IMG/VR virus record: IMGVR_UViG_3300033061_001635
Coordinates: 111,134-175,133 of that record
Length of the DNA stretch: 64,000 bases
Reading direction: 5' to 3' (one strand)
Source: a virus
Taxonomy: Duplodnaviria > Caudoviricetes
Position numbers and translations under genes: made by a program. The notes under the pieces were generated by a model. The model was not told the origin of the DNA. It saw only the letters and a list, made by a program, of their open reading frames with translations, and searched no databases. Shown here in pieces: positions 18,900 through 30,233 of the stretch (position 1 is its first letter; each line of letters opens with the position of its first letter).

Positions 18900-21800
18900 T
18901 TATATTTGTATTATAGTAAGATCATCTATATATCCAGTATATGTTGAACCGCCCCAGCATTCTGCCAATAATTCAACAACTCCAGCTTCTGTTGGAGTGA
19001 AGCTTAAGGATACTTGTTCCCAAGTATCAGCAGCAGCAGTCATATAACTAATAACATCATTAGTAACTCCGGCTATTTGTCCACCTTTAACTTTTAATCT
19101 AAAAGTTAATCCAGTACTTGTGCGTCTCATCCATGCTTTGATTGTGACTATACTATTTGCACTAACAGCAATTTGAGATATTGAAAAATCAAAAGGATAA
19201 CTATCTCTACGATAATCACTTGTTGGAGCCAAACTCCATGCATACCCAGTATTACTATATCTTACGCTTGTTTGAGGTCTTACTAAACCAAAATCACTAT
19301 ATATAAACAAATTATTAGAGGTATTATCATGAGTGGTACAATATATTCTGCCATTACCTCCTCCATAAAAACCAAATTCTGAACTTTCATTGATCAAACA
19401 ATTGTTCAGATACATGCTTCCACCAAAACTAAACAAAGAATTATAAGAGCTAATATTTGAAGTTGTACAGTTATTTAAGACTATATTACTACCACATCCT
19501 TGGGTTCTAATAGCCTCTCCTTGATTATTGTTAAAACTACAATTATTAAAAGTAGTATTTGTTCCACCTCCAGTATCATAACAGCCTATTGACCCATTAT
19601 TGTTTATATAGCAACTATTAAAAGTTATATTATTAAAAGTAGCTAAATCCATTCCACGCAGATTATTACTTTGAAAATAACAATTCGTAAATTTATGTAC
19701 ATTAAATCCAAAACTAGTAACCATGCCAATATTATTGCCATTAGCAAATATATTTTCAAATTTACAGTACTGAGTAGCTGTTGATAAATCAAAGTTATTA
19801 GTACAAGATATTACATAAAAATCTTTAAAGAAAGTGAAACTTGCATTTGTTACAGATACCCTATCATATCGGACAAATCCTAACTTTTTAAAGCTCCAAC
19901 TAGCTCTGGATGGTGATGATATTCCGTAGCCTAAGCCGTTTTGTCCATCAAAAAAGGAGATCCCGCTTTGAGTACTCATGTTGGTTCGGTCATATCCTCC
20001 CTCAACAGATAGGACGGGAGCAAAATGACTTGCAGAGTCATTGATAATATGCACACCATTAGAAGCAGCACTCTGTACAGCTGTTTTTATAGTTTCTCTT
20101 TTATATGTTGTTATTGTTTCGGTAGTTCCGTAGTATCCTTTTGAAAAGTTCCCCTGAGTACTAACAACTGGATTATTAGATAGTCTTCCGTCTATTATAA
20201 CTCTTGTGCCAACAATACTTTGTACGGGATACCAACTTTCATTGGTAGTATTTTTGCCGATGAGAGAAGTTAAACTTAATGAATTTGCACTAGAACTAGC
20301 TTTGCAGGCGATAATATTGCTAATGAGTAGTATTTGTTGTCCTATGTCACTTGTAACACGAAGAGCCACACTTTGAATGCTAGATCCTAAATTAGTAGCA
20401 AGATCAACAGTAAAAACATGCCATATATTTGATACTCCCAAAGCCGGAATATTAAATGTATTGACAGGAGTTGCTCCGGCAGAATCGCTACACAACTGTA
20501 TTTGTAATTGGCCAGCAGATCCTGTTGTTCCTAGAATTTGTTGTATAAAAAAACTTAATTGTTGATATCCGCTAAGATCCTTTGCACTAAAAGATTTGTA
20601 TGCGGCAACGCCAGTTGTAAAATTAGCTCCTATAGAAATATTATCAGAAATATTTCCTTGTTTTGTTGTAGTAGAAAGTGCTGTTGTGACGTTCGAACTC
20701 GGAGTCCAAACAGTTCTTCCTTCTCCTACATTACCATGACCAGCAATATTGTCTGTTAATGCTGAATTTAATCTTACTACACAGTTTGTTGCTCTTCTTG
20801 CTGTTCCTGCTGCTCCTCCAACTCCGTTGCCTGTTGAACCAGTAAGAGTAAACGCTGTTGAACTTGTTACTGTTATTTCCCATGTTCCGTTAGCATTGGT
20901 ATTTGTTGTGTGATCACATATAAATACGGTATCTCCGGTTGAATATCCGTGTGTTGCTGACGTGGTAATGGCTATTGGAGTAGCGTTGGTAGATGATGCT
21001 ATTGCTACAGTAGGAGACGATCCTGCCCCGTTCCATGTTGCACTACCTATACTTGTTGGATCTGGACTAGCTTGTACCCTTATAACATCACAAGAATGAG
21101 TTCTAACTGCGGTTAATCCGTTTGTAAATGTTTGTATTCTTCCGCCGATATAGTATTGGCGACCACTAGTATCGGCCAATGCGGTTCCTGAACTAATAGC
21201 TGATAATGTTAAGCTTGTGCTGCTTACTCTTGCTATTATGTGATAGTAAGCGTATATGCTTCCATTAAAAATACTCAATATTTGGCCGGGAGGATTTTCG
21301 TATGCTGTAACAGAAGCTGCGACCTCTATTTGAACAGCAGTGAAATAAATTCCTTTTGTTGTATCTCCCATATAGCTGGTGTTGAGAGCGTCTAATCCGT
21401 TATAACCATCTTCGGCCAAATAAAAAGCGAAATTATCAGTCGAAGCAGAAGCAGATGATGTTGCTGTCATACTTAGTCGATACCATCCTCCACCAATATT
21501 GCTAATAGCTGCTGTTGCACTTGCTCCTGTTGCTTCAACAGTTCCACTAGACAAGTTAAATCGTACTGATTTTGTCGCATCATTGGCTAACTGAAAAATG
21601 ACCTTATTTCTTCCGGCAGTTCTGACATAAACAGAAAATGTATATTGAGTACTATTCGATAGTGTTACAAAAGGAGAAGCTTGAGTTCTAGCCAAATGTG
21701 TTGTGACAGTTGGATATTCTTGAAGATAATAAATGTAAGAACTTATTCCTGTTGGACCAGTTATAACTTCATCAACATAATAGTCCAAGCTTAACAATCT

Positions 21801-22013
21801 GCAACCATTGTAACTTCCATAATTTTGCCAGAAATTAGTATGCCAGCATATGTTTTTAAGAGGAGCTATAGTATTGTTATTAGGAAAATTTGCTGTTGCC
21901 GAACTAAAAGTAGTAGACGTTATTGCTCCATCACTTCCAGAAGCCAAAAGAGAGAAACTAGTTCCGCTGTAATTATCATTTCCAGATTCATTATCTAAAT
22001 AAAATGTTGGCAT
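18900..22013 (-). CDS. Receptor-binding/tailspike-like protein (carbohydrate-binding-like modules plus right-handed beta-helix)
   Basis: 1037 aa; YTFSVYVR...GWYRLSMT module, ATPIAITT..HG.STGDTVFI...NGTW.IT module, Asn/Cys-ladder repeats (F.NC.F..N). Confidence 0.6.
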   Translation of the reverse strand: MPTFYLDNESGNDNYSGTSFSLLASGSDGAITSTTFSSATANFPNNNTIAPLKNICWHTNFWQNYGSYNGCRLLSLDYYVDEVITGPTGISSYIYYLQEYPTVTTHLARTQASPFVTLSNSTQYTFSVYVRTAGRNKVIFQLANDATKSVRFNLSSGTVEATGASATAAISNIGGGWYRLSMTATSSASASTDNFAFYLAEDGYNGLDALNTSYMGDTTKGIYFTAVQIEVAASVTAYENPPGQILSIFNGSIYAYYHIIARVSSTSLTLSAISSGTALADTSGRQYYIGGRIQTFTNGLTAVRTHSCDVIRVQASPDPTSIGSATWNGAGSSPTVAIASSTNATPIAITTSATHGYSTGDTVFICDHTTNTNANGTWEITVTSSTAFTLTGSTGNGVGGAAGTARRATNCVVRLNSALTDNIAGHGNVGEGRTVWTPSSNVTTALSTTTKQGNISDNISIGANFTTGVAAYKSFSAKDLSGYQQLSFFIQQILGTTGSAGQLQIQLCSDSAGATPVNTFNIPALGVSNIWHVFTVDLATNLGSSIQSVALRVTSDIGQQILLISNIIACKASSSANSLSLTSLIGKNTTNESWYPVQSIVGTRVIIDGRLSNNPVVSTQGNFSKGYYGTTETITTYKRETIKTAVQSAASNGVHIINDSASHFAPVLSVEGGYDRTNMSTQSGISFFDGQNGLGYGISSPSRASWSFKKLGFVRYDRVSVTNASFTFFKDFYVISCTNNFDLSTATQYCKFENIFANGNNIGMVTSFGFNVHKFTNCYFQSNNLRGMDLATFNNITFNSCYINNNGSIGCYDTGGGTNTTFNNCSFNNNQGEAIRTQGCGSNIVLNNCTTSNISSYNSLFSFGGSMYLNNCLINESSEFGFYGGGNGRIYCTTHDNTSNNLFIYSDFGLVRPQTSVRYSNTGYAWSLAPTSDYRRDSYPFDFSISQIAVSANSIVTIKAWMRRTSTGLTFRLKVKGGQIAGVTNDVISYMTAAADTWEQVSLSFTPTEAGVVELLAECWGGSTYTGYIDDLTIIQI

Positions 22014-23071
22014 TATACATTCCTACCTAAAGATGTTTGAAATGCTTGAATTGCATTATAAAATGCTATTGCTTCTGATGAGGATAATGAGGATCCTATG
22101 GAGTATCCTGCAAGCAAAGATGTTGTTAGAAAAGTAAGAGTGTATGCTCCAAAGCCGGATCCTCCATCTGATGGGGGGGATCCTGTGATTAAATTTCTAC
22201 CAAATATTGTGAAAGGTACGTTCGTAGCAAATGCAGTTATGGACGCAGTATAAGGCGTCCCAGCAGTTGAATTGGTATATGCTATGGAATATGAAGATGA
22301 AGAACGAATTCCCAGTTGAAATGCAGGATAGCCACTTATTGTTGGAATTGTTGTTCCTCCAGTGGTATTAAGAATGATAGTGTTCTGAGCTATTTCGTAA
22401 CTATGTCTGTTAGCAGTTATTGTGGTGTCATAATAATATGATCCTATAAGGGCTTGAGTATTGCCGGCTGTTTTACGATAAGCAGATAAGTGACAATTAT
22501 ATTCAAATCCAGATGGCAACTTATCTGGTCTTAGTCCTGTTCTTAAATGCTTGCTTGTTCCATCTCCCAACAATCCTCCATTAGATCCCGTTTCATTATA
22601 ATCACCACTAACAAAACCGTTGTTCATGTCTACAGCCAAACCTAAAGACTGACCATAATAAGATGTGCTTGTGTATAGTGGAACACAACATGCTTGTAGG
22701 TTGTTGCCACAAAATAAATTAAGACGATAAAATTTGCTTCTTATTCCCGCATTATCTATTGCATTGCAAAAAGTATTTAATGCTGTTATTGTTGTGGAGT
22801 TTGCACTTCCAGCATTCCAATAGATGTTGGAGAGCCATTTATCAACTTCCATATGATTAGCCACACTTCTCTCCAGACCAGTCAATCTATTATTATAGGC
22901 AGCAACAAAAGGCTGTGCTTTATAAACAACATCTAATCCTAAAGTATTCTCATTCTTAGCAACAACCTGTACAAACGGCTGAGCTTTATACGCAGTATCC
23001 ATAGTCAATAATTGACTTTTCTTGGGAAGTCGTGATGATCGTTGAGTGAAATTTTGTCTTATACTAAACAT
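22013..23071 (-). CDS. Virion-associated lectin/LamG-like protein
   Basis: 352 aa; GL.GDGTSKHL.TG and C-terminal L+..E....YN.IQAFQT.LGRNV seen in phage fibre-associated proteins. Confidence 0.45.
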   Translation of the reverse strand: MFSIRQNFTQRSSRLPKKSQLLTMDTAYKAQPFVQVVAKNENTLGLDVVYKAQPFVAAYNNRLTGLERSVANHMEVDKWLSNIYWNAGSANSTTITALNTFCNAIDNAGIRSKFYRLNLFCGNNLQACCVPLYTSTSYYGQSLGLAVDMNNGFVSGDYNETGSNGGLLGDGTSKHLRTGLRPDKLPSGFEYNCHLSAYRKTAGNTQALIGSYYYDTTITANRHSYEIAQNTIILNTTGGTTIPTISGYPAFQLGIRSSSSYSIAYTNSTAGTPYTASITAFATNVPFTIFGRNLITGSPPSDGGSGFGAYTLTFLTTSLLAGYSIGSSLSSSEAIAFYNAIQAFQTSLGRNV

Positions 23072-23076
23072 AATTT

Positions 23077-26000
23077 TTAACCATAATTTTGAGAGAAACT
23101 ACCATACCAGAAAGAGCCATCACTAATAAAACTATATATATCAACTTTACTAGCAATAATAGTTGCTGTTGGAATAGCACTATCGGCCCATCTTACTCCG
23201 CTGAAAGATGCAGTATAGTTTCCACTGCCGCTATTTAAGAACATGCTAAAGCTCTTGCCAGCAGTTGCTGTGGGCATAGTGAATGTGCAGTTACCCGTTA
23301 GTGTACAAGTTTGAACAGTTCCACTAGCCAAGCTAATAGTTTTACTAGTACTACTATTGCCAATAGCTACAACACTTTCTGTGAAACTATCAAAGGTAAG
23401 ATTACCATTAACATTAACTAACCCATTTAGTTCTATACTTGCTGAAGGATCACATGTTAAGATGATAGAGGATCCACCTAAGCCGATATCGCCTCCACAT
23501 CCGATTCCAATATTATCACTTAAACCAATACTAGCACCATCACTAGAATATATACTGGAACAAGTTATATTTCCATTAAAAAAAGCACTTCCATTAATAT
23601 TAGTATAAGAACTATTTAAATTAGTAGTATCATTATTACTATTTCCAATATAAATAGTTCCATTACCCTCAGTAGAACTAATTATTGATATGGGATCTTG
23701 AAAAGTATTTAAACTAATACCTTCATTAGTAATACAGCTTATATGACAACCTTCTGATGGAGCAGCTGGTTCACTACGAACTCTAAAACCACCCAGTACA
23801 TCTAATTTAGTTGATGGAGTTGCTGTACCAATTCCAACATTTCCTATACTATCTATTCTTAATCTTTCAACTCCGCTGGTGGTAATACCAAAAGTATTTG
23901 TCTCTGGGCTAAATAATCCAGTATCAGGGTCGTTAATAAATGATAAATATTCTATTGCTAATGAAGATAAATTTGAGATAGATAAATATACTTCTTGTCT
24001 TGTATAAGAGAATCCTCCACCTCCACCCTGAATCCAACTAGAAAATTTAATTTTCCAATATCTATTAGTTGGAACATGTTTCATTATTAATTCAGCATTA
24101 GGTAAACTATATCCTAAATTACCTCCAACAGTATTATATAAAGTATCATATGTTCTAGTTTTGATATTAGTAATGTTTGACCATCCATCATTATTCCATA
24201 AGGTATTTGATGGACTGAGGTAATTAATGCCATTCCAACCTCCTTCTACCGCTAGATTATATATTCCCCCACCATTTCCTCTGGTTATTACTAGTGCTCC
24301 GGCTATGATAGTATCATAATTAGTAGCATAGGATCCATCTGGATGAGTATATGATACTAAAATTCCAGTTGATACTATTGTTCCAACCTTAAGACTGTCC
24401 ATAAAACCAGAGCCAGACACATGTAATGGATACTGAGGATTAGATAAGCCTATTCCAATATTATTACCGCTTTGATAAATTACGCTATTATTTAATCCGC
24501 TACCTCCAGTTCCAAACTTACTTAAGTAATTAGCAGTTCCTACCGGTAGTAGTCCGCTTACGCTACTATTGAAGTTTGTTATATCATTTGATGTATGAGT
24601 ATGGCCACTAATACTAACACCAGTACCATTTACATTAAGACTGTTAGTGAAATTACCACTATTAGCTGTTATCAACCCACTAACTTGTAATCTACCGTTT
24701 GGAGAAGAAGTTCCAACACCAACATTTCCTTCTACAATCAAACCATTTGTTGGAGGAGTTAAATTATAATTAGCGCCAATAGAAACACCGCCACTAATAG
24801 CTACTAAACCGCTAGGGGCAGTAAAACCAACACCAAATGTCCCACCGCCAATACAAACAAAGCTTCTATTAGCTCCTCCACCAGCAAGAGAGTTGCTAAA
24901 CTGATATCGTACAACCGAGTAGTCTGTTGAATAACCATAAAAGTAGCTATTTGAACTAACTGCTCCCCTAAAAATTGAATCTCCTCCTGTAACATCTAAT
25001 TTGAATCCTACTTGTGGAGTATTACCAATACCAACATTTCCAATAGGATCAATATATAATCTATTAACACCGCTGGTTGTTAGACTAAGAGCATTAGTTG
25101 CTGGATTGTACAAGCCCGCATTAGTATTTCCAATAAATGAATAAGATGGAGAAGATGCTGATCCAGAACCGGCTAAAATACCGCTAGTAAAAGTACCGCT
25201 ATTAGTAACATTTATTCCATTACTAAATTGCGCAGTAGTTCCACTGAAAGTTAGTCCACCGCCATTGCCGTCTTGAGAAATACTACCATAAGATGACAAT
25301 TCGATAGCAGTAGCTGAACTACCGTTTCCAAGTCTTATTTTTGCTGCTTGAATTCTAAATGCTGTATTGGTAGGTGAATTAAAGTATAATGCTCCATTAT
25401 CTGCTTGAATTGATCCACCATAACCATCAGCATTTTCTAATCTTATACCTTGAGGATTTACAGACGAGCCACTAATGTGAATTAAATCTAATGGAGAATT
25501 CGTTCCAACGCCTATTCCAGAAGAAAAGATACCAGTACCAATTACATGAAGTTGTCCACTTGGAGTGGTTGTTCCAATACCAACTCCCGAACTAGTTACT
25601 CTCATAACTTCCGAGTTCATCGGAGTGAATTTAATATATTGATTTGCAAATGTTTGAGAAGAATTATGACCAATAGTTATGGGACCATTTCCAGCATTCA
25701 AAACAACATCAGCACTTTGGTTTCCAACTTTAACATACGCATTTGCAGCATCTAAATATAGATTACCATTCGTATCTGCTCTAACTTTAAGAGAAGTATC
25801 TGATGATGCTGATGTAGACTTAAAATATACTGTCCCTAAATTATTTCCAGTACCTCTAACATAAACATCACCAGCAACATCAAGATGTCCGCTTGGAGTA
25901 GCAGTTCCTATTCCAAATCTTCCTCTATTATCAAAAGTCGCAACTTCTGAATAATAATTATAGATTTTTAATCTACCAGAAGATGATACGTCTATATACT

Positions 26001-26907
26001 GATCACCTGCTCCTTTACCTCTATAACCTATAATCATTGATCTAGTATTATTATCAAGAGTTATCCAACTAGCGCCATCATTGTAGGAACGAATTGAAGC
26101 ATTGGTGCCTTCACCATTATTAGTTGGATTTAATATAGTAAAACCATTTGGCAAAAACATTTTACTAAAAGTATCAATACCAATAACGTCAGTACCATTT
26201 CTAGATATAAAAAAACTATCATCAAAATTGCCAGGACCACCAATTCTAAAATCTATTCTAGGATTATTAGTACTAGCTCCACTATTTAATCTCAATAAAG
26301 AACCAAATGCTCTTTCATTTACATCAGGGAAAAGTCCACTAGCTCCACTAATATGAACAAAAGTATGAGGAGTTGCAGCGTAAGATATCCAGTTTGGAAA
26401 ACCGCTAATGCCTACTCCTAGTTTATTACTAAATATTCCTGTGCCTATAACATGTAATTGACCACTTGGTGTAATAGTTCCAATACCAACATTAGTTCCA
26501 TTATCAAAAATGATTCCACTACTAATACTATTAGATCCGCTCCATCGTGTCAAATATCCACTAGTTCCAACTCCAGTAACAGGATTAGTAAGAGCTAATT
26601 GGTAAGGAGTTAATAATCCACTAACACTACTGTTAAAGTCAGTAATATTTGATGATACGTGAGTATGGCCGCTAAAGCTTACTCCGGTACCGTTTACTTG
26701 TAAAGATTGAGTAAAATTACCACTAGCTGGAGTTATACTAGTTCCACTAATACTAGTAACTCCAAGATTAATTATAGAATTACTACTATTTTTAGTATAT
26801 AATTTACCATCAACTATATTAATAGCTAATTCACCCTGGGCTAATCCTGTAACAGCAGGAGCAACACCGCCGGTGCTACTCCTTTTATGTTGTATAATAT
26901 TTGCCAT
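23077..26907 (-). CDS. Long tail fibre protein
   Basis: 1276 aa; N-terminal IQHKRS..G..P...LA.GELAIN..DGKLY, multiple GNVGIGT..P...L.V repeats, C-terminal TLTGNCTFT.P...GKSF..VRW domain. Confidence 0.75.
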   Translation of the reverse strand: MANIIQHKRSSTGGVAPAVTGLAQGELAINIVDGKLYTKNSSNSIINLGVTSISGTSITPASGNFTQSLQVNGTGVSFSGHTHVSSNITDFNSSVSGLLTPYQLALTNPVTGVGTSGYLTRWSGSNSISSGIIFDNGTNVGIGTITPSGQLHVIGTGIFSNKLGVGISGFPNWISYAATPHTFVHISGASGLFPDVNERAFGSLLRLNSGASTNNPRIDFRIGGPGNFDDSFFISRNGTDVIGIDTFSKMFLPNGFTILNPTNNGEGTNASIRSYNDGASWITLDNNTRSMIIGYRGKGAGDQYIDVSSSGRLKIYNYYSEVATFDNRGRFGIGTATPSGHLDVAGDVYVRGTGNNLGTVYFKSTSASSDTSLKVRADTNGNLYLDAANAYVKVGNQSADVVLNAGNGPITIGHNSSQTFANQYIKFTPMNSEVMRVTSSGVGIGTTTPSGQLHVIGTGIFSSGIGVGTNSPLDLIHISGSSVNPQGIRLENADGYGGSIQADNGALYFNSPTNTAFRIQAAKIRLGNGSSATAIELSSYGSISQDGNGGGLTFSGTTAQFSNGINVTNSGTFTSGILAGSGSASSPSYSFIGNTNAGLYNPATNALSLTTSGVNRLYIDPIGNVGIGNTPQVGFKLDVTGGDSIFRGAVSSNSYFYGYSTDYSVVRYQFSNSLAGGGANRSFVCIGGGTFGVGFTAPSGLVAISGGVSIGANYNLTPPTNGLIVEGNVGVGTSSPNGRLQVSGLITANSGNFTNSLNVNGTGVSISGHTHTSNDITNFNSSVSGLLPVGTANYLSKFGTGGSGLNNSVIYQSGNNIGIGLSNPQYPLHVSGSGFMDSLKVGTIVSTGILVSYTHPDGSYATNYDTIIAGALVITRGNGGGIYNLAVEGGWNGINYLSPSNTLWNNDGWSNITNIKTRTYDTLYNTVGGNLGYSLPNAELIMKHVPTNRYWKIKFSSWIQGGGGGFSYTRQEVYLSISNLSSLAIEYLSFINDPDTGLFSPETNTFGITTSGVERLRIDSIGNVGIGTATPSTKLDVLGGFRVRSEPAAPSEGCHISCITNEGISLNTFQDPISIISSTEGNGTIYIGNSNNDTTNLNSSYTNINGSAFFNGNITCSSIYSSDGASIGLSDNIGIGCGGDIGLGGSSIILTCDPSASIELNGLVNVNGNLTFDSFTESVVAIGNSSTSKTISLASGTVQTCTLTGNCTFTMPTATAGKSFSMFLNSGSGNYTASFSGVRWADSAIPTATIIASKVDIYSFISDGSFWYGSFSQNYG

Positions 26908-26924
26908 TTAATCTCTAACTATTT

Positions 26925-29912
26925 TTAGAATGTTCCACCATCTAATGTGCAATCAACAATAGCAGCACATACTGTTGCTGATGTTAAATATGCTGATGCT
27001 GCTGATGTAACAGCTGTAACATGTCCAAATGCATCTACTGTTATGCTAGCAATACCGTTGCTTCCTTGTGCTCCGTTAAGACTTGATGTTGAACTATGGG
27101 CTACTGTTATGCTTCCTGCTCCATTAGTAATAGCTATTCCAGTGCCTTGTGTCAAAGTGGCTTTAGTTAAAGTATTACCAGTAGAGTTACCAATTAATAA
27201 TTGACCATTAGTATATGTTGTATCTCCAGTTCCACCATTAGCAACAGGTAGTGTTCCACTAACATGAGTTGTTAAACCAACTTTGCCCCATGAAGGAGCA
27301 GTTGAAACTCCACCGGCCAATAATACGTTGCCAGTAGCAACATCAGCTAATTTGGCTAAACTAGTTGTGGTATCAGCATATAATAAATCTCCAACAGCAT
27401 ATGAACTTTGGCCAGTTCCACCCTTGGTGGCAGATATATTTGTAGCACTCCAGGTTCCAGCAGTTACTGTTCCCAATGTAGTTAAATTAGTAGAACCAGC
27501 CCAACTGCTTAGTGCTGTATTTTCAACACTACCTAAACCAATATCGCTTTTAATTTGACTAGGAGTTCTATGAGCCAGAGCTTGTGCTGCACTAGAAGGA
27601 TCGCTTGTGAATACTGGAAAGTATAATCCTGACGAGGCTGTTGAAGCCATCAAAACAGACAGTCCAGAATTTAACACTGGTCTATCAGATAGAGTCTTTA
27701 CTCCAGCAATAGTTTGGGCTCCAGTAGTATAAACTCCGTTTGTTACAGTAGCAGCATTACCGTCAATACTTGTTATACCAGTTAATACTAGAGATGAGCT
27801 ACTTCTATTTATAGCAACACTGGTTGTTCCTATGAACATAGTTTGACCACTGGCCGCAGCTCCAATAGCTGTTCTAAAATCAGTATCGCTCAAAGACGAT
27901 ACGCTATTATCAGCATTGATTCTAGTAAAAGATATTGTTCCAGGATTAGTTAAACTTATTAAATTTTGACCAACTGTTGTGGCAGAGAACCCGGCATCTT
28001 TGATAATCTTACCAGTTGCTCCATTAAATAATGCAAAACGATTATCTGTTGACGAAGCTGGTCCCACAACAGCTCCATCAATATTTGTTTGAGCAACAGT
28101 CCATGTGCTATTAACATTACCAAGAGCATCAGCAACACCTATAACTAAATCTCCAATTTCGCAAACCACACCAGCATATGTTCCTGTTGCAACCACCCTA
28201 TAGGTCCAACCAGCACTAATTGTTCCTGTTGGAAGAGTTCCTGGCGTACCTCCTGCTCCAATAGTTCCTTTAAAAATCATAGCATCATTAGCAGCTAATA
28301 AACTATCAACATAAGTTATAACAGCATCTGCCCTAGGAATAGCAGTAGAGCTACTAGATAGAGTAGTTTGTACGCTATATCCGTCAGATAAAGCATCTCC
28401 TGTTGTTCCATTCCATGCTGGAATATTGCCATTTGTTGAAGATGCTAACTTTTTAATTTGAGCATTATCAGTAACATTGCTTAATCCTACTTTAGACTTG
28501 GCTAAACTACTTATCCATGCTGGATCAGCATATGAACCAGATGTATACACTCCGCTAGTTACTGTTCCAGCATTACCGTCTATACTAATACCTGTCAATG
28601 TTTGAGATGCTGAAGATCTATTGATAGCAAATAATGTAGTTCCAATATACATGTTTTGATTAGTAGCAGCCTTACCATCTATTTGTGTTTGAATAGCGCT
28701 AGTAACACCTTTTACATATGCTAATTCTGTTAATGATGGATATGTAGCTGTAGATAACGATGTAACGTTTTTGTTAGCGTCAAAACTAGCGATTGTACTA
28801 GCTGTTTGATTAGGTATATTTAATCCACTAGAAAAAATACCGCTACCAATAACGTGTAGTTGACCGCTTGGTGTATTTGTTCCAATTCCAACATTTCCAT
28901 CATTTCTAGCAAATAAAATACTATTACTATTAGAATTAACAATATTTAAAACACCAAGACTTGAATCTGATGTTGATCCTTTTATGTTTAATCTGTGAGT
29001 AATACCAACAAATGAACCTATACCCATATTGCCGTCATTTCTGATATCCAAAATTGCACCATATGACGAATCTAAGATTTTGCAAGCAGATGCTCCATTA
29101 GAGGTATCTGGAGTCAGGATATAAAGTGTAGGATTTAAAGATAATGGATTAGCCCCAAGACTTAATCCACTACTAAATAATTTTCTATCACTAATAGTTT
29201 GAACACCAGTTGTTCTTACAACAGTACTATCAACAGCTATAGCATCAGCACTAACGGTTATGCCGTCACCTTGTCCGATATTAAATGTTCTATCAGCACT
29301 AAGATCAAGAGCAGCCGATCCAGCTAAGCCGCTTCCAGGAGTGATAGTTCTACTAGTATAAACTCCACTAGTTACAGTACCAGCATTTCCAGTAACGCTT
29401 ATATTCCATGTTCCAGTAGCATTAGCTCCACCCACAGATGGAGATCCAATACTATTATATGAAATTGTTTTTGCTGAACTTCCATTAAAAGTTGATCCAC
29501 TGTTATCTCCAGCCCCACCATTATTAATAGTTAAAGAGTTAGTAACACTACCAGCACTTCCTGTTGTATTTTGATTAAGAGTAGGAACATCAGACGCTAT
29601 AATATTTCCCATAAGAACATTCGTTCCATTACCTCTCATGAAATATCCAGAAGTAACAGTGCCACCAGCTAAATTATTTCTTGATGTTTGAGTATTATTT
29701 AAGTCTGATAAATTATTATTTTTATTTAAATAGGCTCCACTACCAGCAATGGGTATAACTTGGGTGGCTGTTCCTCCTGCTCCGCCAGTGCCATATCCAT
29801 AATAAAGAATATTATCTCCTTCATTATATGCTAACTCTGCATTGGCTAATCCAGACGGTGCTCCAGCGCCAACACCAGATGCACGACGTTTGATTCTTAT
29901 TGTATTAGCCAT
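26925..29912 (-). CDS. Tail fibre protein
   Basis: 995 aa, G/T/S/A-rich; IRIKRR...P..LA.AELAYNE N-terminus, GNAGTVT and LPVANGGTG repeats, C-terminal LDGGTF. Confidence 0.75.
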   Translation of the reverse strand: MANTIRIKRRASGVGAGAPSGLANAELAYNEGDNILYYGYGTGGAGGTATQVIPIAGSGAYLNKNNNLSDLNNTQTSRNNLAGGTVTSGYFMRGNGTNVLMGNIIASDVPTLNQNTTGSAGSVTNSLTINNGGAGDNSGSTFNGSSAKTISYNSIGSPSVGGANATGTWNISVTGNAGTVTSGVYTSRTITPGSGLAGSAALDLSADRTFNIGQGDGITVSADAIAVDSTVVRTTGVQTISDRKLFSSGLSLGANPLSLNPTLYILTPDTSNGASACKILDSSYGAILDIRNDGNMGIGSFVGITHRLNIKGSTSDSSLGVLNIVNSNSNSILFARNDGNVGIGTNTPSGQLHVIGSGIFSSGLNIPNQTASTIASFDANKNVTSLSTATYPSLTELAYVKGVTSAIQTQIDGKAATNQNMYIGTTLFAINRSSASQTLTGISIDGNAGTVTSGVYTSGSYADPAWISSLAKSKVGLSNVTDNAQIKKLASSTNGNIPAWNGTTGDALSDGYSVQTTLSSSSTAIPRADAVITYVDSLLAANDAMIFKGTIGAGGTPGTLPTGTISAGWTYRVVATGTYAGVVCEIGDLVIGVADALGNVNSTWTVAQTNIDGAVVGPASSTDNRFALFNGATGKIIKDAGFSATTVGQNLISLTNPGTISFTRINADNSVSSLSDTDFRTAIGAAASGQTMFIGTTSVAINRSSSSLVLTGITSIDGNAATVTNGVYTTGAQTIAGVKTLSDRPVLNSGLSVLMASTASSGLYFPVFTSDPSSAAQALAHRTPSQIKSDIGLGSVENTALSSWAGSTNLTTLGTVTAGTWSATNISATKGGTGQSSYAVGDLLYADTTTSLAKLADVATGNVLLAGGVSTAPSWGKVGLTTHVSGTLPVANGGTGDTTYTNGQLLIGNSTGNTLTKATLTQGTGIAITNGAGSITVAHSSTSSLNGAQGSNGIASITVDAFGHVTAVTSAASAYLTSATVCAAIVDCTLDGGTF

Positions 29913-29965
29913 TTTTTCCCCTTATTACGAAAAATATAAAAATTTAGTTAAATATATATACACTT

Positions 29966-30232
29966 TTAACAATTTCCACCATCAAGAATATCAGAAGTAT
30001 TAATTGTAGAATAATTAGCCACCAATAGAGAACCACTATTAGGAACAGAAACTGTACCACTAGCATATATTCTTAATATACTAGGATTTAATGAACTTTT
30101 AAAATTAAGACTATTATCATTTAAAGCTTCAATAGTTATAGGAATATTTCCAGAACCAGTAAATTCAATTCTAGGATATCCAGAAGTTCCAGTTTCTGGA
30201 AAAATACCAATTGTTTTATCAGCATTAGCCAT
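29966..30232 (-). CDS. Small fibre-associated protein
   Basis: 88 aa ending LDGGNC, like neighbouring fibres ending DGG. Confidence 0.55.
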   Translation of the reverse strand: MANADKTIGIFPETGTSGYPRIEFTGSGNIPITIEALNDNSLNFKSSLNPSILRIYASGTVSVPNSGSLLVANYSTINTSDILDGGNC

Positions 30233-30233
30233 A